Of a DNA stretch of 64,000 nucleotides, positions 56,954 to 64,000 are shown one piece after another. The notes under the pieces were generated by a model, which saw only the letters and a program-made list of their open reading frames with translations, was not told the origin of the DNA and did not search any database. Origin of the DNA: Podarcis filfolensis (taxonomy: Eukaryota); assembly GCA_964270895.1 (NCBI GenBank), contig OZ185440.1; one strand, 5' to 3'. The translations under genes and the position numbers were made by a program. Every line of letters starts with the position of its first letter. Within the stretch, counting starts at the first letter, position 1.

Positions 56954-59567
56954 CCTAGAAGGCTATCCAGCGAAGCAACTGATCAGTGTTTTATACTCTC
57001 AGTGTGCCAGATAGTTAGGCCTAGATTTTAATGAGGCCATAAACCTGCATATATTCTACAACTCTACACCACTTCAGACTGCAGGATACAGGCTCATAAT
57101 GGAAGGCTTTTCCGCAACACATTCTCCCAAACATCCACTTTTCTAAACAGAGGGAAGTTTCTGTATAGAGAAGCATCAGTCTAAGCAGTCATGTGCATTC
57201 TGAACTGGTACAACTGAGACATAGGTTTATGGTTATGGAAATTTAACTAGGCAGATGATGTGGTAACGCCAAGAGAAAAATTAAGAGATATTTAAGTGAG
57301 AATTAGGCCTTAGCCCCTCCTTGAATTCAAGCACTTGCCAAGTCCATAACTTCTGAAATCCCCTCCCATGACTCCCATTCAATTAAGCTCTTTACACCAT
57401 GCATTTGATATTCTGTAAACTGCCTTGTGCTCCTTTGATACAGATATTTTTTATAAGTACATGAACAGTTAAATGCTGTAATAGCTTCTGAGATACCCTT
57501 CCTGAGTCAGTTAATATCTGCTTGAGCTTTAGATATACAGTATTATTTTACATCAGACACAGCAATTCATTATACACAATCCTAGGCACATTCAGCACCT
57601 CCAATATGCTTCCCAGAAGAAACCAGGAGCATGTTAGGTATTTTTCTAGCTTGTCACAGCGTCTAATTTGAGGTATGTTCGATATTCTGGATAGAGAGCC
57701 AAGTAATAATAAATATGTTAAAAATAAGATCTATGCTATGAGTTATACACAAATTATGTCAGTTATGGCCAAGTATCCATAAGTACACATTTGTAAAAAA
57801 TTGACCTCCTTGTGCCCTAAATGTCCTTCTGAGGGAACTGCTGCTTCAAATATCATCATCGCTTCTTAGGCCAGTCTTGCAGCCTTAAATTACCATTATG
57901 GAAACTTAACTAGGCAGATGAATTGGTAAAGGCATAAGGAAAATCAAGAGGCATCTCAGAGGGAAAGTTGTTTTAAGCACTCATGGGGTCTGGCACATTA
58001 ATCTTTTCAATATCAATTAAACAGCAAACATTTAGATTCCCACACAAAACTGCCAAAGCTGTAGCCAAGGCATGAGCAAGATCTGTCAACAGCTGACAGA
58101 GGAATTATGATAAAAGTTATAAAGCCACTACTAATTCACTACTAGGCTTAATTTTTTTATTAAAAAAAAAATCATCCTAGCAAGTTTCAGCTATTCCATG
58201 TATCGCTAGATCCTCCCAAATTCCCTTTCTGTTACTTCCAAAACAAACATTTAACATTGGTTTGCCTGTTATGACTGTCATGGGACTCCCAAGCATGGAA
58301 ACACAAAAACTGATGTGGTCAGACAAGAGTGCAAGTTAAAGAGTAAAATTGGATGTGCAAATCAACATTCAGCATGCGAGATGACTCACGCTGATGGCAG
58401 TAAACAAAGGAGGAAACCAATGCTGTCTCTAGGAGACATAAAGGAGAGAAAAGTTAGAAAAGATATGTCTCAACTAATAAGAACAACTAATCTTGCTTAG
58501 GCAACAGTTAATGCCTTGCTGCTGGGTATTTTTCTGCTAGATAGCCTTTATCTGTGATTTCCTTCTAGAGTCTGCAGCCACTCACAGAAGGCAGCAGAGA
58601 TGTTATGCAAGAAGGTTCACCTTTAACAATAAACCCTCCAAGCTGGAAGCTCATTTTTGCAACTGACCTCTTTGATTCTCTTCATTTCACTGAAGGGAAG
58701 TACGTCAATAATCGCATTTAAACATGATTTCGAGGTATCAAATTCAGTATGTACATTAAGTGAACTTTTTAAAAAAAACGTTCAATGTTTAGGCATGCGG
58801 TAGTGGCTTCAGAGGAAAATAATCATCTCTAGGGCTACAACGCTTAATAGATTAAAAAATAATCAGAGACTGAATCAAAGATGCCTGATTAATCAAGCAG
58901 ATTTATATTTAAACACAATGTCTATAGAGCAGCATTCAATTAGCTCATTCTGTAAGTGAACAAATTTCTCCTTGCTCAATGGAACTTCTCTTTCCCCTTC
59001 CTGCATGTTCCCCGCTGAGCAAATCCATTCTGCAGGGTTGGAGAAACCCCTAGAACAGGTTTAGAGGGCACACAGAAGGTAGCTGTTGAGTCAAATGCCC
59101 CCAAATTGTTAAAAATAATAATACTAATCATCTTGAGCTTTAATTCAGAGCTAAAACCTTTGCAGACTTGAAGATAAAACATGCAATCCTGGTAGTCTAA
59201 TTCTCTTTAAAGCAAAATGTTCAAAAGTCCGTCATTACATTTTGGTCTTGATGCCCGCCAAACATAATTTCCTTAGCGCAATGTTTCAATCATTTCATTT
59301 TACTCTAGATAGGTCAGCCTTACTTCATGATTCTATGCCCATGACATTTTTCCTGTATGCATGAATCCCTCACACATCTTTGTGCACATGTATACATACA
59401 TATTTAGAAACAGCAGCTGGATAGTCTGTCTCCCAATAGTTGATTGGTCAGTCCACAACTCATAATAAGCAAGGAAGATTCACATTTGTATTGACTGGGT
59501 AAAACTAGTTCCTTCCTCTTCCAAGAGAATACAATGTATGCATGGATGTCCAGAGACCAAGCTAATA

Positions 59568-59808
59568 CAGTGGTACCTCGGGTTACATACGCTTCAGGTT
59601 ACAGATGCTTCAGGTTACAGACTCCGCTAACCCAGAATAGTACCTCGGGTTAAGAACTTTGCTTCAGGATGAGAACAGAAATCGTGTGGCGGTGGCATGG
59701 CGGCAGTGGGAGGCCCCATTAGCTAAAGTGGTGCTTCAGGTTAAGAACAGTTTCAGGTTAAGAACGGACCTCCAGAACGAATTAAGTACTTAACCCGAGG
59801 TACCACTG
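59568..59808. mobile_element. Tc1/mariner (Tigger/pogo-like) MITE
   Basis: TIR CAGTGGTACCTCGGGTT / AACCCGAGGTACCACTG, TA TSD on both sides, 241 bp. Confidence 0.92.
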
Positions 59809-62792
59809 TACTCAGCTGGTTTCACTTTGCTGAGTGCTGAAATGAGGCAAAAGAGAGAGGAAGACAGGGCTATTCTGAAACAGTAGAAATGCATGCTGTG
59901 AGACTAACACATGGACAGGAGAAGGCACAAGGCTCAGCCCATAGCAAACCAAAAAGCGCCTGGGGTTGAGGCTTGGCTTTTGCATCTTAAAGCAGCACAC
60001 AGCAAAGGCCATTAGACGAGAACACAGAAAGTGCAGTGTGCTTGCTCTCATTCAATTTTCTCTTGTAATTTACTTATTCTCCTTATTCCATGTAAGCTTT
60101 CTAAGCTTTCCTTTGAGTCAAAACTTGGGTCCTGCACTCTTAAGGAGTAAGAAACAGATCTGGCCAGCTGAAGTACAAGGGGGTGTCCCAACTCACCATA
60201 GGAGCAATGATCCATTCCAGTTCTTTGCAGATATCCTGAAAAGGTTCTGGAGAAGAACATAGAACATCAGGCTTCAGAGGAGCTTTTTTTTTCTGTCCCA
60301 GGGTGGATAGGATCAGAAACTAAAAGCTTAGTGGATGGCAGGTCAAAACTAGCTTGGAGGAAAAGCAGGGCAATGAAGGGCTATCCGAGAGCATCACATT
60401 TTCCTACATGGAAGGACACATCAATGATTCCTTGGTTGAATTTATATGAATTACATAATGAAACCCCACAAATATTAATGTATTAGAAGCTAAATGTTGC
60501 ATAACTATATTGGGTCTTAAGCAAGCCCACACAGAGCTTGTCTGAGGCCCAGGACAGGAGTTTTGTTAGAATAAAGATATGAACTCAAACAAAAAAAGCA
60601 GCTGGTCTGTGGCCGGCTTAGGCCTCTGAGGTCCAGGGCAAGTGAAGCTGGCTGCCCCCACTCTGCACAGACCTGGTCTTAAGTATGCCCTTGGCTTATT
60701 TTCTATTAAGAAAATCATGCGTAACAAAATTAGCAGGGATCTAATGGTCAAAAATCAGTTAACTAGAAGTTAAGGAATCTCCCATCCAGAGATATCCCAT
60801 TTTATATATTATTCTGTAATTTATTCCAAAGAAACACAAGTCTTTGAAATTATACCTAATGGAAAAAGAATGCACTATTATTAAATATATTTTCAAAACA
60901 TCAAAATAGCTTTTAGTGATATTTGCAAGTATAATAACCACAATTTCCTTTTCTCTAATAATATTTTCTTGCTGGAAAGGTGTTAGAATCTGTAAATGGA
61001 CCAGAAAGTGAACAAAATGTGAAGGCTTGCTTGCTGGAAGGATTGAAAAAGGCCTACCTAGAGTTGTCAAGGCTTTTTAAAATAAGGTTGAACAAAGACA
61101 GATGAAACCAGCAACAAATTTGAAGCTTTAAAAAGGCAACAGGAATATACAGATAGGGGCTTTAATACATATTGCCTCTAATCTACAGATTATTTGCCCG
61201 CAACAGTCACACATAACATAGACAGGGATGCACACCTACTTCTGAATCATTGATGTATTAAAAAAGAAACTGCTTTAAACTATGGGCTTATCCTGCTAGA
61301 CCGGCATACATTCATCGAAAGCTTTTAAGGAGAAGAATTTCAAGACTGTTTATATATGATAAATGATAAAAATGAAAAAGGAAGCACTTCAGAAAATACT
61401 TGAGTGGCTCTAAAAGAAGAGCAGACATTCACATATGGCAGGAAAGGCTAATTAACAAAATGTTTTTTTTTAAATGTGTTACAATAATGAGATACAGAAT
61501 GCCGCATTTCCTATGAATGTAAAATATTCCCAATTGTGAATAATGTTTTGTGCTCCCAGACAGGATGTTGGTCTTGAACTTAATAGTTAGAACAGAAGTA
61601 GCTGCTGAAATGAGATATGTGCAACACTAGATGCAGAAAGGGAGGTAACTTTCTTTTACACAGATAAGGGGAAAACCATTCTAAAACAACTGGGAGCAGC
61701 TCGCTGAATAAAAAGATAGAAGCAGAATGAAAATTCAGATACTGTACTATGAAACTGACATAAGTTCTGGAAAGCAGTTTAGTATTGCCACTTGGATGCC
61801 AACTAGTTAATCTGAAGAGAAACAAAAGCTTAAGTTTATAACAGAGGTGCATATATCAATGGGAAAATAATTCTTAAATACAGAAATATGAGTGGGATGT
61901 GCAACAAAAAGCTGTTTCGTATCCTCAGCTCCTAACAGAATTCCAGAAAACCTGGAGCGGGGGGACAGCGAGACGGGAGACAAATTAAAGAGGACACCTT
62001 TTGTCTCTCCCACCCTAATGAAACTTTCCCCTACTGTTCAAGTGCTTTATTGATTCCCCTCCAGAATCTACACCTCCAGGACACAAGTTGTTGTTAGGGG
62101 CTTGAGCAGGCCAATCCACTTCTCCCCAAATTCTTCTTACCTCCTACTTCAACTACACACAATTACTCTCAGCATCTCCTGGTTCCTAGAGGCCACTGAA
62201 CATACCTCAGTCCTTCAGCTATTTTAGTTTCACCCCTCAATTTATAAACTAGTATGTCTGCATACCAGGGGCATCAGAGGTATTCAGTAATCACTACTGT
62301 ACAGTAATGTGGGCTGTCCCATTCCTCTACCAAACTGATAGGGACAGTGCTACTAAATATAGCCTTAAAAAGAATGATGCCTCTATACATTTAGATCATA
62401 TCTGTATGATCGTTAAATACAAAACTGTAATAAAGCAATATAAAAATTAGGACAAAAATGAAGTCAACAGACTAGTAGTCCAACAAAACTTGGGATGTTT
62501 TAACTATGGACTGGTCCTGCAAAATCACCTCCTTTGAAAGTACTGGATTCTCTTGTAGTACCTTTTAAAGCTTTTAATTTTTTTGCTACTTTCTTGCTAA
62601 TTTCTTATTTGCTACTCATACTGCGCTCCCCTCCCTAAATGGAACTTACTATACTATTGGTAAAGTTAGATGCCCCACATGCAGGAGTATTAACTGAAAT
62701 GAAGGAAGGGCTGGAGCCACAGAGTTCCTACAGATGTGAGAGAATCCTGACACAATAACTCTTTTATAAGTTCTTTCACTGATAATGGATTT

Positions 62793-64000
62793 AATAATAA
62801 TAAGAATAAGAATAAGAATAAGAATTTATTATTTATACCCCACCCATCTGGCTGGGCCTCCCCAGCCACTCTGGGCGGCTTCCATAGAAACCAAAAATAC
62901 AGTAAAATATCACACGTTAAAAACTTCCCTGAACAGGGCTTCCTTAAGATGTCTTCTGAATGTCAGGTAGTTGTTTATCGCTTTGACATCTGCTGGAAGG
63001 GCGTTCCACAGGGCGGGTGCCACTACCGAGAAGGCCCTCTGCCTGGTTCCCTGTAGCTTTGCTTCTCGCAATGAGGGAACCGCCAGAAGGCCCTCGGCGC
63101 TGGACCTCAGCGTCCGGGCAGAATGATGGGGGTGGAGACGCTCCTTCAGGTATACTGGACCGAGGCCGTTTAGGGCTTTAAAGGTCAGCACCAACACTTT
63201 GAATTGTGCTCGGAAACGTACTGGGAGCCAATGTAGGTCTTTCAAGACCGGTGTTATATGGTCTCGGCAGCCGCTCCGAGTCACCAGCCTAGCTGCCGCA
63301 TTCTGGATTAGTTGTAGTTTCCGAGTCACCTTCAAAGGTAGCCCCACGTAGAGTGCATTGCAGTAGTCCAAGCGGGAGATAACCAGAGCATGCACCACTC
63401 TGGCGAGACAGTCCGCAGGCAGATAGGGTCTCAGCCTACGTACCAGATGGAGCTGGTAAACAGCTGCCCTGGACACAGATTTGACCTGTGCCTCCGTGGA
63501 CAGCTGTGAGTCCAAAATGACTCCCAGGCTGCGCACCTGGTCCTTCAGGGGCACAGTTACCCCATTCAGGACCAGGGAATCCTCCACACCTGCCCACCTC
63601 CTGTCCCCCAAAAACAGTACTTCTGTCTTGTCAGGATTCAACCTCAATCTGTTAGCCGCCATCCATCCTCCAACCGCCTCCAGACACTCACACAGGACCT
63701 TCACCGCCTTCACTGGTTCTGATTTAAAAGAGAGGTAGACCTGGGTATCATCCGCATACTGATGAACGCCCAGCCCAAACCTCCTGATGATCTCTCCCAG
63801 CGGCTGCATGTAAATGTTGAAAAGCATGGGGGAGAGGACAGAACCCTGAGGCACCCCACAAGTGAGAGCCCAGGGGTCTGAACACTCATCCCCCACCACC
63901 ACTTTCTGAACACGGCCCAGGAGGAAGGAGCGGAACCACTGTATGACAGTGCCCCCAGCTCCCAGCCCCTCAAGACGGTCCAGAAGGATGTTATGGTCGA
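62793..64000 (-). mobile_element. L2-clade LINE, 3' portion, running off the window; sense orientation in DSTYK intron 2
   Basis: RT ORF plus 3' UTR (ggaagccgcccagagtggctgggg...cagatggg) and a (TTATTC)n(TTA)n tail. Many CpGs retained. Confidence 0.93.
62910..64000 (-). CDS. L2 LINE ORF2 reverse transcriptase (C-terminal part, open to the window edge)
   Basis: GVPQGSVLSP, YADD, LNPDKTE, LGVILD and the L2-typical LHWLPV..R.QFK motif. The frame stays open upstream of the ORF-track start (DHNILLDRLEGLGAGGTVIQWFRSFLLGRVQK). Confidence 0.93.
   Translation of the reverse strand, partial: DHNILLDRLEGLGAGGTVIQWFRSFLLGRVQKVVVGDECSDPWALTCGVPQGSVLSPMLFNIYMQPLGEIIRRFGLGVHQYADDTQVYLSFKSEPVKAVKVLCECLEAVGGWMAANRLRLNPDKTEVLFLGDRRWAGVEDSLVLNGVTVPLKDQVRSLGVILDSQLSTEAQVKSVSRAAVYQLHLVRRLRPYLPADCLARVVHALVISRLDYCNALYVGLPLKVTRKLQLIQNAAARLVTRSGCRDHITPVLKDLHWLPVRFRAQFKVLVLTFKALNGLGPVYLKERLHPHHSARTLRSSAEGLLAVPSLREAKLQGTRQRAFSVVAPALWNALPADVKAINNYLTFRRHLKEALFREVFNV

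Noticed and set aside
56238-62790. Search for DSTYK exon 2 and exon 1
   Set aside because: No sequence encoding the expected N-terminal region was found. They most likely lie beyond 64000.
1-64000. CRISPR arrays, rRNA, intact tRNA, snoRNA or miRNA genes
   Set aside because: None seen. This is eukaryotic DNA, the only tRNA-like sequences are SINE heads and one decayed tRNA-Lys, and hairpins are explained by MITEs.

Overview
Vertebrate (squamate) genomic DNA. Sauria SINEs, Squam3-like SINEs and L2 3' ends point to a lizard, probably a lacertid (inference from repeat content only). The window holds the conserved CNTN2-TMEM81-RBBP5-DSTYK block known from human 1q32. It contains the last three coding exons and long 3' UTR of CNTN2 (+), the uninterrupted TMEM81 ORF (-), complete 14-exon RBBP5 (-, 1620 nt CDS, 539 aa, CpG-island promoter), and DSTYK exons 3-13 (-; exons 1-2 are not in the window). 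For all 28 spliced exons, boundaries were read by hand, junctions within the window are GT-AG, and phases are consistent. Non-coding DNA is dense with SINEs, L2/CR1 fragments and hAT and Tc1/mariner MITEs, and an open L2 reverse-transcriptase ORF runs off the right edge. I found no wholly new gene or multi-gene system. The best leads are RNA-processing features: a 9-nt in-frame microexon candidate in the DSTYK kinase C-lobe, a candidate spliced leader with a CRE-rich promoter and uORFs for the sperm fertilisation gene TMEM81, a 7x AATAAA intronic cluster that could give GPI-less CNTN2, and several cassette or poison exon candidates. All are predictions from sequence alone, and pseudo-exons are common in introns.
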